From Anaerolineae bacterium (GTDB lineage: Bacteria; Chloroflexota; Anaerolineae; Aggregatilineales; Phototrophicaceae): DNA of 64,000 nucleotides. Location of the stretch: the NCBI GenBank assembly GCA_022823945.1, contig JAJEBK010000031.1, positions 857 to 64,856 of the forward strand, read 5' to 3'. Positions 10,282 to 19,965 of the stretch are shown here, piece by piece; position 1 is the stretch's first letter; each line of letters starts with the position of its first letter. Position numbers and translations under genes: made by a program. The notes beneath the pieces were generated by a model. That model saw only the letters and a list, made by a program, of their open reading frames with translations, ran no database searches and was not told the DNA's origin.

Positions 10282-12708
10282 ATGATGCCTCACTTTCCTG
10301 TGTTGCGCGCGCTGGGATGTTTGCTGTGCCTGCTGGCTTGCAGTTGCAATATCAGCAAACCGGAGCCGCCTGCGCCAACTGTCAACGCCAGCCAAATCAT
10401 TGTGGTCACCGCGACGCCCCGCTTGCACGCGCAGGTCGCGCCGACGCCGCAGCCCCGCAACAGCGATTCGGCAGATTTATTCGCATCTGCCGAGGTATTG
10501 GCTCGCAATGGCTATCTCGAAGAAGCTGCCGACGCCTATCTGAGCTTGTTACAAGCCGGCACGACCCTCATGCCCGGTCAGCGCGCTACAGCCATATTTC
10601 GTTATGGGCAGATTGCGCTGCGGGCTGGCTATTTTCAGCAAGCTGCCGATGCCTTCAGCCTCTTCATCGCCGATTTTCCCAACGCCGCGGAAACCGCCCA
10701 GGCGTTCTTTTTGCGCGGCGATGCGCGTTTGGGCTTGTCGCTTTGGCAGCTTGCCATAGACGACTTGCAGCAATATCTGACGTTGAAGCCTGGTTTGATC
10801 GACAGCTATGCCTATGAACGGATTGCCGATGCGCAGATCGCTTTGGGCGAAGTCGCTGCGGCGCTGGAAAATTACGCGCTGGCTACCGATACCATGCGCT
10901 CTCTGGTGCCGCTGCTGGCGCTGCGAGAAAAAGTGGCGCAGATCTATATCAATCTAGGCTACCCTGCCCAGGCTGTCGAGCAATATGATGCTGTGCTGGC
11001 GGTCGCGCGCAACCAGCCCTATCGCGCCCAAATCGCTTTCAGCGCGGCGCAGGCATTGCTGCAGGGCGGCGATATCTCGTTGGCTGTTTCGCACCTGCAA
11101 ACTGTCGTCGCCGACTATTCCGGCACAGCCACTGCCTGGCAGGCGCAGGTGCTGTTGGACCAGCTGGGCTATGGCGTAGACCCGTTCGAGCGCGGAAAAG
11201 CGGCTTATGCAGCTGGCGATTGGTCCACTGCTGTCGACGCATTCAACCGCGCCTTGGCAACTGGCTCGCCCCCGGCAGAGCTGTACTTGCAGCTTGGGCG
11301 GGCGCAACGCAACCTGGGCGACAGCCAGGCAGCGACATCTGCCTTCCAGACCATCATCGACCTGTATCCGGGCGATCCGCTCTTTGGCGCGGCTTTGCTG
11401 GAGCGAGGGCGGACGCGATTTCTGGCGGGCGATCATGCCGCTGCCATCGAATTGTATCTGGGCATCGCCGAGAGTTTTCCCCAGCTGACTTCTGAAGCCG
11501 GCGAAGCGCTTTGGCGGGCTGGTTATCTCTATGGCACTAGCAGAGAAACAGCGCTTTCCAGGCAGGTGTTCATTCAGCTGGCGGACACCTATCCACAACA
11601 CGAGTTGACGACCAGCGGCTTGTTTATGGCGGCATCGGCGGCTGTGCGCGAATCAGACGAGGCTGGCGCGGCGGCATTGTATTCGCGCATCGCCAGTTTG
11701 ACCAACGGCGAGGATCATGCGGCGGCGCAATTGTGGCTGGGCAGGCTCGCGCTGCGGCAAGCTGATACCGCTGCAGCCGACCGCGCGTTTGCGCAAGCGA
11801 TAACAGCCGCGCCAGACAGTTATTTTGCGGCGCGCGCCGGCGATATTCGCAGCGACAGGCAGCCTTTCCAGCCACCGGCAACGCTCAATTTCGACTTTGA
11901 CCCGGCCGCCGAGCTGGCTGAGGCAGAGCAGTGGCTGCGCAGCACATTCGCCATCCAGGCTCCGGGTGACTTGTGGCGTTTGTCCCCAGAGCTTGCCAGT
12001 GACCCGCGCTGGATACGCGGACGAGAATTATTTTCCGTGGGCGCAATTGATGAAGCGCTGGGCGAATTCGACGAGCTGCTGGGGTCTGCGCGCGCTGCTG
12101 GCAATGCGCTGGACAGCTATCGTCTGGCCATCGCCCTTCGCGATATGGGCGCCTACCGCGAGAGCATCATCGCCGCTGCCGATGTCATCAACGCATCGGG
12201 GCAGGGAACTTTGGGCGCTGCGCCATTTGTCGCACGCTTGCGCTTCCCCGCCTATTACATTGATTTGGTCGCGCCGGTAGCGGGAAAATACGACTTCGAC
12301 CCGCTGCTGATGCTATCGCTGATCCGCCAGGAGAGCCTGTTCAATACCTATGCCACGGCCGGCGCTGGCGAAAAAGGCATGACGCAGGTGATCCCTGGCA
12401 CTGGGCAATACATCGCCGACAAGTTGCAGTGGCAAGACTATGAGCACAGCGTGCTCTTTCGTCCCTATGCCGCAGTGGAGTTCGGCAGCTATTATCTGGA
12501 TGAGCAGTTGGAATTGTTTGATCAAAATCCCATAGCGGCGCTGGCAGCCTATAATGCGGGTCCTGGCCGCGCCTATGACTGGCGAGCCTTGGCTGGCGAC
12601 GATCCTGACTTGTTCATGACGACAATCACAATCGACTCCACGCGCAAGTATGTTCAGTACATCTACCGCAACCACAACATCTACCGCGCGTTATACGGTA
12701 GTGGCTGA
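10282..12708 (+). CDS. Lytic transglycosylase (SLT domain) lipoprotein with a TPR-like repeat region
   Basis: Lipoprotein-type signal MMPHFPVLRALGCLLCLLAC, an Ala/Leu-rich TPR-like body, and a C-terminal SLT domain with motifs IRQESLFN, GEKGMTQV and AYNAGPG. Confidence 0.85.
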   Translation: MMPHFPVLRALGCLLCLLACSCNISKPEPPAPTVNASQIIVVTATPRLHAQVAPTPQPRNSDSADLFASAEVLARNGYLEEAADAYLSLLQAGTTLMPGQRATAIFRYGQIALRAGYFQQAADAFSLFIADFPNAAETAQAFFLRGDARLGLSLWQLAIDDLQQYLTLKPGLIDSYAYERIADAQIALGEVAAALENYALATDTMRSLVPLLALREKVAQIYINLGYPAQAVEQYDAVLAVARNQPYRAQIAFSAAQALLQGGDISLAVSHLQTVVADYSGTATAWQAQVLLDQLGYGVDPFERGKAAYAAGDWSTAVDAFNRALATGSPPAELYLQLGRAQRNLGDSQAATSAFQTIIDLYPGDPLFGAALLERGRTRFLAGDHAAAIELYLGIAESFPQLTSEAGEALWRAGYLYGTSRETALSRQVFIQLADTYPQHELTTSGLFMAASAAVRESDEAGAAALYSRIASLTNGEDHAAAQLWLGRLALRQADTAAADRAFAQAITAAPDSYFAARAGDIRSDRQPFQPPATLNFDFDPAAELAEAEQWLRSTFAIQAPGDLWRLSPELASDPRWIRGRELFSVGAIDEALGEFDELLGSARAAGNALDSYRLAIALRDMGAYRESIIAAADVINASGQGTLGAAPFVARLRFPAYYIDLVAPVAGKYDFDPLLMLSLIRQESLFNTYATAGAGEKGMTQVIPGTGQYIADKLQWQDYEHSVLFRPYAAVEFGSYYLDEQLELFDQNPIAALAAYNAGPGRAYDWRALAGDDPDLFMTTITIDSTRKYVQYIYRNHNIYRALYGSG

Positions 12709-12834
12709 GGCTGTCGCTCGCGGGGATATACAGCGACACGGGCGGACGCGGTTTTTTTCAATTTCAACGCGGTCGGCGCACAGATATCGGCTGATCATGT
12801 TACACTGCAGGCAAGCGGTTCGCGGCACAGGATT

Positions 12835-14160
12835 ATGATGCAAGCGCAGCGGCTATTGACCCAGCTACAGGCACAGCAAAGCGCTGCCCTTGGCGAGTAT
12901 TTTGGCAACCCCGACTTCGCCGATACGGCCAGCTTGACAGCGCCTTTTTCGCGGGTGCGGCGAGTGGCTGTTGTCACCGAGTCTTTTTTGCCCAAGGTCG
13001 ATGGCGTCGTCAAGACGGTCTATTTGTCTGTGCGCTATCTGCAAGACACAGGCCGCGAAGTGCTGGTCTTCGCCCCGGATATTGCCGTCGATCATGTAGG
13101 CGATTCGCAGGTCATCCCCCTGCCATCCATTGGCTTGCCCCAGGCACCCGAGACGCGCATGGCGCTGCCCAACCCCATGGTCGCCCGCCGCATTGAGGCA
13201 TTCCAGCCCGATTTGATCCATCTGTTCAGCCCGGCCGCGATGGCCGTGAGTGGCATGGCGGCTGGTCGGCATCTCAATCTGCCCGTCATCGCCAATTATC
13301 AGACCGATCTGCCTGGTTATACGGAGCAATATGGCTTCCCGCGTTTGTCGGGGCCGGTGAATCGCTGGCTGCGCTATATTCACAATGGCTGTCACCTGAC
13401 CTTGGCGCCGACGCGCACCACCATTCGCCAGTTGCGGCGAGCTGGTTTCCGCCGTGTCCGACACTGGGGGCGGGGCATTGATACGGCGCGTTTCAATCCC
13501 CGCTGGGCCTGCGCATCCATGCGTCGTCGCCTGTTGAACGGCCGAGACCCCGATTCGCTGCTGTGTATATTTGTTGGGCGGCTGGCCACCGAAAAGCGCA
13601 TCGACCTGTTGCTGGAACTGGCGCAGACGCCCGGCGTGGCGCTGACAATTATTGGCGATGGCGCGCAACGCGAGCAGTTGGAAGCCTTGTACGCCCACAC
13701 AGATGTTCATTTCACGGGCTACCTTATCGGCGACGAACTGGCGCATGCCTATGCCAGCGCGGATGTATTTGTTTTCCCTGGCGAATATGAGACATTTGGA
13801 CAAGTCATCCAGGAGGCGATGGCATCGGGCTTGCCCTCGATCGTCGTGGATGCCGGTGGCGCGCCTGATGTCATAGACGATGGCGCTTCCGGCTTGGTCG
13901 TCCCGCCGACAGCCGCCGCCTTTGCCGAGGCTGTTTGCAGCCTGCGCGAACAAACCTGGCTGCGAGCGCAGATGGCTCGCCGCGCTCGGACATTGGCAGA
14001 AGAACGCCCCTGGTCGGCATTGATGGCGCAGTTGGAACAGTATTATGCAGAAGCCTACTGGTTAAATCGGCGTTTTGTGCGCCGCTTTGGTAGCACCCAC
14101 TATCACCGGCCGCTGTCGATCCCGGCGCAGTTGGTGCGGCGTCCGCGCGGTTTGTCCTGA
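12835..14160 (+). CDS. Glycosyltransferase family 4 (GT-B, group 1)
   Basis: VAVVTESFLPKVDGV N-terminus and a C-terminal E-x7-E region (EYETFGQVIQEAMASGLP). The true start may be GTG 12955. Confidence 0.85.
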   Translation: MMQAQRLLTQLQAQQSAALGEYFGNPDFADTASLTAPFSRVRRVAVVTESFLPKVDGVVKTVYLSVRYLQDTGREVLVFAPDIAVDHVGDSQVIPLPSIGLPQAPETRMALPNPMVARRIEAFQPDLIHLFSPAAMAVSGMAAGRHLNLPVIANYQTDLPGYTEQYGFPRLSGPVNRWLRYIHNGCHLTLAPTRTTIRQLRRAGFRRVRHWGRGIDTARFNPRWACASMRRRLLNGRDPDSLLCIFVGRLATEKRIDLLLELAQTPGVALTIIGDGAQREQLEALYAHTDVHFTGYLIGDELAHAYASADVFVFPGEYETFGQVIQEAMASGLPSIVVDAGGAPDVIDDGASGLVVPPTAAAFAEAVCSLREQTWLRAQMARRARTLAEERPWSALMAQLEQYYAEAYWLNRRFVRRFGSTHYHRPLSIPAQLVRRPRGLS

Positions 14161-14204
14161 AACCTGCTCGCCGCGCATTCTTCCGCCCACAGAAAGGCAA
14201 AATT

Positions 14205-14582
14205 ATGCCAGACAAGCCCGCCAAACGCACTTTGGCGTTGATCGCGCATGATGGCAAAAAAGCCGACATGGTCGCATTTGTGATGGACCACAAAGCCCGG
14301 CTGGGCGAGTTTGACCTGGTGGCGACGAATACGACCGGCAAGCTGATCCTAGAAAAAGCCGGGCTGCCGGTCAAGCGCCTGCTGTCGGGTCCCTACGGCG
14401 GTGATGCCCAGATCGCGGCGATGGTGGTGGAAGGGCGTGTCAACGCCGTATTCTTTTTCCTGGACCCGCTGGGCAAGCATCCGCATGACCCGGATATCCT
14501 GGGGTTATTGCGCATTTGCAATGTGCACAATGTGCCATTGGCGACCAACATCGCGACAGCCGTGCTGTTGATCAATGCCTGA
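14205..14582 (+). CDS. mgsA: Methylglyoxal synthase
   Basis: LALIAHDGKK, VATNTTG, GPYGGDAQI and DPLGKHPHDPD; the length (125 aa) is typical for this enzyme. Confidence 0.92.
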   Translation: MPDKPAKRTLALIAHDGKKADMVAFVMDHKARLGEFDLVATNTTGKLILEKAGLPVKRLLSGPYGGDAQIAAMVVEGRVNAVFFFLDPLGKHPHDPDILGLLRICNVHNVPLATNIATAVLLINA

Positions 14583-14603
14583 GGAGCGGATTTTACATTC
14601 TTC

Positions 14604-15278
14604 TTGCGTTTCGATCGCAGCAGACACGGCATAATGAAAGCTGGCAGCCTGCCAAATCATGGTGATGAAAGGCCTTTGGTGGCGGAAAACGACCCCACCA
14701 TCCTCCAATGGGTGGAAAGCGCGAAACAGGGCGACCAAGAAGCTTTTGCCGAGTTGGTTTATCTGTTCCAGGACCCGCTCTACAACTTGTGCTATCGTAT
14801 GCTGGGCGAAAGTGGCGAAGCAGAAGACGCGGCGCAAGAGGCATTTCTGCGCGTCTACAACAACCTGCACCGCTATGATATGACGCGCAGCTTCAAGACC
14901 TGGTTGCTTTCCATCGCATCCAATCATTGCATTGACCGTCTGCGCAAACGCCGAATGCACTTCGTTTCGCTGGATGACGAACCGACCGCCGCTGCTTTGG
15001 CGCTGCGCAGCAAAGACCCCCTGCCCGAAGAGACGATGATGCAGGGCGAACGCAGCGCCTATATCCAAAAGCTGCTGCAAATGCTCGAGCCTCACTATCG
15101 ACTGGCTGTGATCTATCGCTATTGGTACGGCTATTCGTATGCGGAAATCGCGGCGGAAACGGACATGACCATCAGTGCTGTCAAAAGCCTGTTGCACCGC
15201 GCCCGCCGCAAACTGGCAGAATTGCTGGAGCCCGGCGATGTCAACAGGCTGGCAACTCCCACCCCGAGAGGAACCTGA
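14604..15278 (+). CDS. ECF-type RNA polymerase sigma-70 family factor
   Basis: Region 2 (AAQEAFLRVY, WLLSIASNHCIDRLRKR) and region 4 (YSYAEIAAETDMTISAVKSLLHRARRKL) are present. The start is uncertain (TTG 14604 or ATG 14634). Confidence 0.9.
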   Translation: MRFDRSRHGIMKAGSLPNHGDERPLVAENDPTILQWVESAKQGDQEAFAELVYLFQDPLYNLCYRMLGESGEAEDAAQEAFLRVYNNLHRYDMTRSFKTWLLSIASNHCIDRLRKRRMHFVSLDDEPTAAALALRSKDPLPEETMMQGERSAYIQKLLQMLEPHYRLAVIYRYWYGYSYAEIAAETDMTISAVKSLLHRARRKLAELLEPGDVNRLATPTPRGT

Positions 15279-15279
15279 G

Positions 15280-15855
15280 ATGTCGGACGAGCGAAGCCCG
15301 CAAGACCAAGACATGATGCAAGACGCGCTAGACGGGCAGCTATCAGAAGAAATGGCGCGTCGGTTGATGGATGCGCTGGCGCGGGACAATGGCGCCGCGC
15401 GCGAATACAGCCGCCTGCAACGCCTCGACAGCTTGTTGCAACGAGCGCCTCATGAACGGGCGCCGGCTCGTTTGGCGGCCACCATCATGGCGCGCGTGGC
15501 GCAACGGGTGCAGGCGCAGGCCCAGCTTGCCGACCTGCCAATCGAAACCCAACGCATCATGATGCTCAGCCTGTCGGCGGCGATGATGGCCATGATGCCC
15601 ATGATGGAAGCGGCATCGTGGCTGGTGCTCAATGCCCGGCGCGATCCCGAACTGCTCAGCGATGTCATGCTCGAGACGATCGGCTGGGTGTCGCTGGTCA
15701 CCGACGCGCTGATCCAACTGCTCGAAGATGCCGAAAGCCTGGCTCGCAGCGAACCGGTCGTTGCCGCAGCCACCCTGGCGCTGACGCCTTATCTGCTCGG
15801 CAGCTTGCTCGATTATCTGGATGAATTGCCGAAAATGGACGCGGTCAAAAGCTAA
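15280..15855 (+). CDS. Putative anti-sigma factor
   Basis: ATG 15280 lies directly after the sigma factor stop. The protein has an N-terminal helical DALDGQLSEEMARRL region and a central hydrophobic segment. The call rests mainly on position. Confidence 0.55.
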   Translation: MSDERSPQDQDMMQDALDGQLSEEMARRLMDALARDNGAAREYSRLQRLDSLLQRAPHERAPARLAATIMARVAQRVQAQAQLADLPIETQRIMMLSLSAAMMAMMPMMEAASWLVLNARRDPELLSDVMLETIGWVSLVTDALIQLLEDAESLARSEPVVAAATLALTPYLLGSLLDYLDELPKMDAVKS

Positions 15856-16340
15856 TTGTCGCCATCGGGAATCATTTCGATGCCGCGGATGCGATAGGTG
15901 ACCATGCCATCCGGCACCTCCACTTTGACGCGGTCGCCGACACGTTTGCCCAGCAGCGCCTTGCCAACTGGCGAATCCAGCGAGACGCCGCGCCGCCCAT
16001 GCGTGATTTCTTCGGTATCCAACAAGTCGAGGGCGAATTCTTCTTTCTCGCCGCTGTCATAGACAATGACGCGGTTGCCGGGCGTGACAGTGTGGATGTC
16101 GGCGTCTGCATCAATGATTTCGGCGCGCGCCAACACATTCTGCAAGTGAGATACGCGCTCATCCAGTCGCTCTTTGGACACCATGGCATCAAAGAATACT
16201 GCTTCTTCGCCCTGGTCGTCTTCACGGGCTTCCGCCAGCATCTCTGCGACCTTGGAGTTCTCTTCGCTGGTGAGGATATTCAGTTCTCGCCGCAGTTTTT
16301 CATACCCTCGCCGCGTCAGTTGGATGCGTCGTTCAGCCAT
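15852..16340 (-). CDS. greA: Transcription elongation factor GreA
   Basis: N-terminal coiled coil (RRGYEKLRRELNIL) and a C-terminal globular domain (SLDSPVGKALLGKRVGDRVKVEVPDG). Confidence 0.92.
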   Translation of the reverse strand: MAERRIQLTRRGYEKLRRELNILTSEENSKVAEMLAEAREDDQGEEAVFFDAMVSKERLDERVSHLQNVLARAEIIDADADIHTVTPGNRVIVYDSGEKEEFALDLLDTEEITHGRRGVSLDSPVGKALLGKRVGDRVKVEVPDGMVTYRIRGIEMIPDGDN

Positions 16341-16559
16341 GATTGTTCCCTTTCACAATTACAGAAGCCCCGATGCCATGTGTGCGCTTGTCGCAATTGA
16401 TGTGGGCGGGGCACCAAGAAACTACTAACGATATACGAAACGCCCTGCCCACTGGACAGGACGCATAAACCTGCTTGCGACTATTTATGCGCGAATTGTA
16501 TTAGATGCGCGTATAAATGCAACTGGATTTGCAGGCAATCGTCCCAAAGGTCCTTGCGC

Positions 16560-17540
16560 CTAGCGGCTGGAATAGACCTGTGTATTTACACAAGTGGGCA
16601 GTTTTTCGCCTCGCAAACCAGCTATGCAATTGTCCACCGCCATCTGCGCCATCTTCAAGCGAGTCGCCACACTGGCGCTGGCTATATGCGGGACGATCAG
16701 GCAATTGTCCAGTGTCAGCAGCGGGCTTTCCAGCGGGATTGGCTCTGGGTCGGTCACATCCAGCGCAGCCGCCAGGATCGCTTTGTGGCGCAGCGCCTCG
16801 TACAGCGCCGCTTGGTCGACAACTCCACCCCGCGCCGTGTTGATCAAGATGGCTGTGGGCTTCATCAGCGAAAGCTCGCGCGCGCCGATGAACTGGCGAG
16901 TTTCGTCTGTCAGCGGCAGGTGCAGGCTGACAAAGTCGCTTTGCTCCAGTAGTTCGTCCAGGTCGCAAGACTCTGCGCCCGCCGCCAGGCTTTGCTCGCT
17001 GTTTCCGCGGCTGTGCGTCAGGATGCGCATGCCGAAGCCGGCTGCTCGTCGCGCCACCGCTTGGCCGATGCGCCCAAAGCCGATGATGCCCAGGCAGGCA
17101 CCATAGATATCGCGCCCCGACAAGACGGTGGGATGCCAGGTCTGCCACTTGCCAGCGTGGATATATTGCCGCGCTTCGGGGATGCGCCTTGCCGCCGCCA
17201 TCAGCAGGGCAAAAGCGAAATCGGCAGTGGTCTCGGTCAAGACGCCTGGCGTATTGCCGACCGGGATGCCACGCGCGCTGGCCGCCGCAACATCGATATT
17301 GTCATAGCCAACCGCCATGTTGCTGACGACTTTGAGGTCTGGCGCCGCAGCCAGTAACCGGGCGTCGACGCGGTCGGTCAGCAGGCACAGCAAGCCACTT
17401 AGCGAATGCGCCTTTTTCAGCATGATGTCATATTCGGGCGGCAGAAAGCCGTCCCAGACATCCAGTTCGCAATGCCGCGCCAACCTGTCCAGCGCAGCAG
17501 CCGGCAATTCACGCGTGACAAAGACTTTGTTTCGACTCAT
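16560..17540 (-). CDS. D-isomer-specific 2-hydroxyacid dehydrogenase (glyoxylate/hydroxypyruvate reductase-like)
   Basis: NAD-binding motif [15 protein letters not shown], plus NTARGGVVD and VPHIASAS catalytic-region motifs. Confidence 0.88.
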   Translation of the reverse strand: MSRNKVFVTRELPAAALDRLARHCELDVWDGFLPPEYDIMLKKAHSLSGLLCLLTDRVDARLLAAAPDLKVVSNMAVGYDNIDVAAASARGIPVGNTPGVLTETTADFAFALLMAAARRIPEARQYIHAGKWQTWHPTVLSGRDIYGACLGIIGFGRIGQAVARRAAGFGMRILTHSRGNSEQSLAAGAESCDLDELLEQSDFVSLHLPLTDETRQFIGARELSLMKPTAILINTARGGVVDQAALYEALRHKAILAAALDVTDPEPIPLESPLLTLDNCLIVPHIASASVATRLKMAQMAVDNCIAGLRGEKLPTCVNTQVYSSR

Positions 17541-17572
17541 GCGTTGATTCTCAATTGATTGCGCGGAGCAGA

Positions 17573-18400
17573 TCAGGGTTGGGTCGGCAGCGACACCTTG
17601 ACGAGCGTGCCCTTTTTCAGCCGGCTGCTGATGCTTATGCTGCCGCCACAGCCGTTTATAAAGCGCTTGGCGATATACAAGCCCAGCCCCAACCCGGCGC
17701 TTTCCGACTCTGCCTGCCAGAATGGCTCGAGCGCGACGCCGCCTTCGCCGGGAAAACCGCAGCCACGGTCATAAATCATCAGATCGGCGCGATAGCCAAA
17801 AAAATGCCCGGCGACCTGCACTGTGTCGACCCCGGCGTGCTGACGGACATTGCGCGCAATCTCGCCAAAGGCATATCCCAGACGCGCCTCATCGCCCAAT
17901 ACGCGAAAATGCTTGCCCAGTTCGAGACGGGTTTTTGTCCTGAGCTGCAGGTGCAGGCGATTGATCAGCGATTCGCCGTCAAATTCCCGGTCTTCGAAAG
18001 CGATCATGTTGTTCTCGAGCAGCGAATACTGCCACAGATTGCTCATCATGTGTTCGATTGCCAGCGCCGAATCGCGCATGAAGCTGATGACAGCGCTCTG
18101 TTCGTCGCTCAACTGCCCATCAAAGCCGGCCGCCAGATTGTCAAGCGTCGTCTTGATGGGATGATTCAGGGCATTGAAGCGTTCCAGCACAGCCGGACGG
18201 GTGGCGGCGTTCTCGATGCCCAGCGCCGTGATGACATCCATGACCAGGGTATGCAAACCCCAGCAATACGCATGGATGCGCTTGTAACACTCGCGCTGGT
18301 CGCCAGTAGTTGGCCCGAAAGCCCCCACCAGCAGCGATTCCATCAAATTGATGCTGTCGCTGACAGGGTCGAGCAATTTGCTGTAGGAAACGCTTGCCAC
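17573..18400 (-). CDS. Soluble histidine-kinase-like ATPase with a degenerate H-box
   Basis: HATPase_c N, G1 and G2 boxes ([30 protein letters not shown]). The N-terminal DHp-like helix reads [14 protein letters not shown] where kinases have SHELRTPLTSI. No transmembrane or sensor domain is present. Confidence 0.7.
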   Translation of the reverse strand: MASVSYSKLLDPVSDSINLMESLLVGAFGPTTGDQRECYKRIHAYCWGLHTLVMDVITALGIENAATRPAVLERFNALNHPIKTTLDNLAAGFDGQLSDEQSAVISFMRDSALAIEHMMSNLWQYSLLENNMIAFEDREFDGESLINRLHLQLRTKTRLELGKHFRVLGDEARLGYAFGEIARNVRQHAGVDTVQVAGHFFGYRADLMIYDRGCGFPGEGGVALEPFWQAESESAGLGLGLYIAKRFINGCGGSISISSRLKKGTLVKVSLPTQP

Positions 18401-18471
18401 AATAGCACGCTCAGCTAACCCAAACTTGCCACCAGTATAGCAGCAAACAGGCGCGCAAGGCGCTCTTGCAT

Positions 18472-18492
18472 GGGCGACCGTGTCAGTCGCCC
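18472..18492 (-). terminator. Hairpin downstream of rplL (possible terminator, no T-run)
   Basis: gggcgac-N7-gtcgccc stem-loop located 22 nt past the rplL stop. It resembles the family-B hairpins. Confidence 0.3.
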
Positions 18493-18513
18493 ACTATCGG
18501 ATAGCGATTGCAG

Positions 18514-18900
18514 CTATTTCAGTTCGACGACTGCGCCGGCTTCTTCCAGCTTGACCTTGCCGTCTTCCGCCATATCCTTGCTGACTTCTTCCAGCACGGT
18601 GGCCGGGGCGCTTTCGACCAATTCTTTGGCTTCTTTCAAGCCCAGCGGCGTGATGGCGCGGATGGCTTTGATGACATTGATCTTCTTGGGACCAATTTCC
18701 TTGAGGATGAGGTCGAATTCGGTCTGTTCTTCTTCTGGCTCGGCATCGACCGCGGCACCAGCGCCCGGTGCCATCATCATCATGCCACCGCCAACAGCTG
18801 CCTCGACTCCCCAGGCATCTTCCAATTTCTTCTTCAGGTCGGCGGCTTCCAGGATTGTCAGCGCGCTAAGCTCTTCTACCAATTTGTCCAGGTCTGCCAT
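18514..18900 (-). CDS. rplL: 50S ribosomal protein L7/L12
   Basis: [12 protein letters not shown]-terminus, an Ala/Gly/Met hinge, and the C-terminal domain [24 protein letters not shown]. Confidence 0.97.
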   Translation of the reverse strand: MADLDKLVEELSALTILEAADLKKKLEDAWGVEAAVGGGMMMMAPGAGAAVDAEPEEEQTEFDLILKEIGPKKINVIKAIRAITPLGLKEAKELVESAPATVLEEVSKDMAEDGKVKLEEAGAVVELK

Positions 18901-18965
18901 CGTTCATTCCTTTCTTGACGATTCGTTTGTGTTTGAGTTTGTCTGTCGCTTGCTGCGTGCTTTGA

Positions 18966-19514
18966 TCAGGCGGCTTCTGCTTCGTCTTCGTGTTTGTCGA
19001 GGTAGGCTTGCAGCACATTGACGACTCCGCCCGTGGCTTGCTGCAGCGCATTGACTATGCCCTGCGCCGGCGAAACGACCATGCCGGCCAATTGCGCGCG
19101 CAGTTCATCCAAAGTCGGCAGCTTGCTCACAGCGTCGACCTGCTGGGCATCGAGGATGTCGCCAGCCATAACGCCGCCGGCAACTTGCATGCGCTCTTCA
19201 AAATCCTGCTCTTCCATGTGTTTGAGCAAGGCTTTGGATACGCCGGGCATATTGTCGCCTCCGAAGACGATCGCCACAGGACCAACCAGCAAGTCAGCCG
19301 GGACGACCCAATCGGCTTCTTCCAACGCCTTGCGCATCAAGGTGTTCTTGGCGACCAGATAGCGCCCGTTTTGCTCGCGCACGGTATTGCGCAAGCCCTG
19401 CACCTGGCTGACGCCAAGCCCTTGCGTCTGCACAACAATGAAACCGTCGCTCTGGCTCAGGATATCTTTGTATTCGGCGACCAATTCTTCTTTGCGAGAC
19501 CTTGAAATTGGCAA
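18966..19514 (-). CDS. rplJ: 50S ribosomal protein L10
   Basis: PISRSRKEELVAEYKDIL and FIVVQTQGLGVSQVQGLR. TTG start at 19514 is preceded by AAAGGAG with a 6-nt spacer; the longer ORF reaching 19577 has no such signal. Confidence 0.9.
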   Translation of the reverse strand: MPISRSRKEELVAEYKDILSQSDGFIVVQTQGLGVSQVQGLRNTVREQNGRYLVAKNTLMRKALEEADWVVPADLLVGPVAIVFGGDNMPGVSKALLKHMEEQDFEERMQVAGGVMAGDILDAQQVDAVSKLPTLDELRAQLAGMVVSPAQGIVNALQQATGGVVNVLQAYLDKHEDEAEAA

Positions 19515-19700
19515 GTGTCGCTCCTTTCTGCAGTCGGCGCGCCCCCAAAGTGGCGGTAGCCCAACGCAAATCATCACTTTGCGATCCCGCTTAAGAGGGT
19601 CGCAAAAGCATCAAGGCAAAAAATGCGGAATGAAGGCTCTTGCGCGTCCCTCGGCAGGCAATTAAGGGCGGCTGCCCACCTGCTGTCTGCGGTTCGCATG
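19515..19700 (-). promoter_or_regulatory. Possible ribosomal protein L10 leader (autoregulatory 5' UTR)
   Basis: The call rests on position upstream of rplJ. There is a stable bulged hairpin, tttgcgaccc-tcttaagc-gggatcgcaaa. A second hairpin (plus-strand 19653-19677) reads GGGCAGCCGCCCUUAAUUGCCUGCC on the mRNA and recalls the 23S GTPase-associated-region sequence GCAGCC...UUUAA. Confidence 0.3.
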
Positions 19701-19770
19701 GCTCTGGATTTCGTAGCCAGCGCGCAGTCTACCCTGCCTGGCGTGGATGTCAATGCCGAATCTGCGCGAC

Positions 19771-19880
19771 TCCCTCCCTAAACCCTCCCCAAAATAAGGA
19801 GGGACTTCAAATCGTAGTAACGCTCCCCTTCCCTCATTTTGGGGGCAAGGGGCTGGGGGATGGGGGCAGGGTTGTCAACT
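19771..19880 (+). repeat. Full-length family-A hairpin element
   Basis: Colinear with 23064-23178 and near-identical from gagggacttcaaatcgtagta through gttgtcaact. Confidence 0.85.
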
Positions 19881-19965
19881 CCAAAAAATTAACACATCCA
19901 TTTGACGATGGCTTCTGTCTGCGTTAGAAAATGCGCGACTGTGCCACGAAGCGAGGACAAGCATA

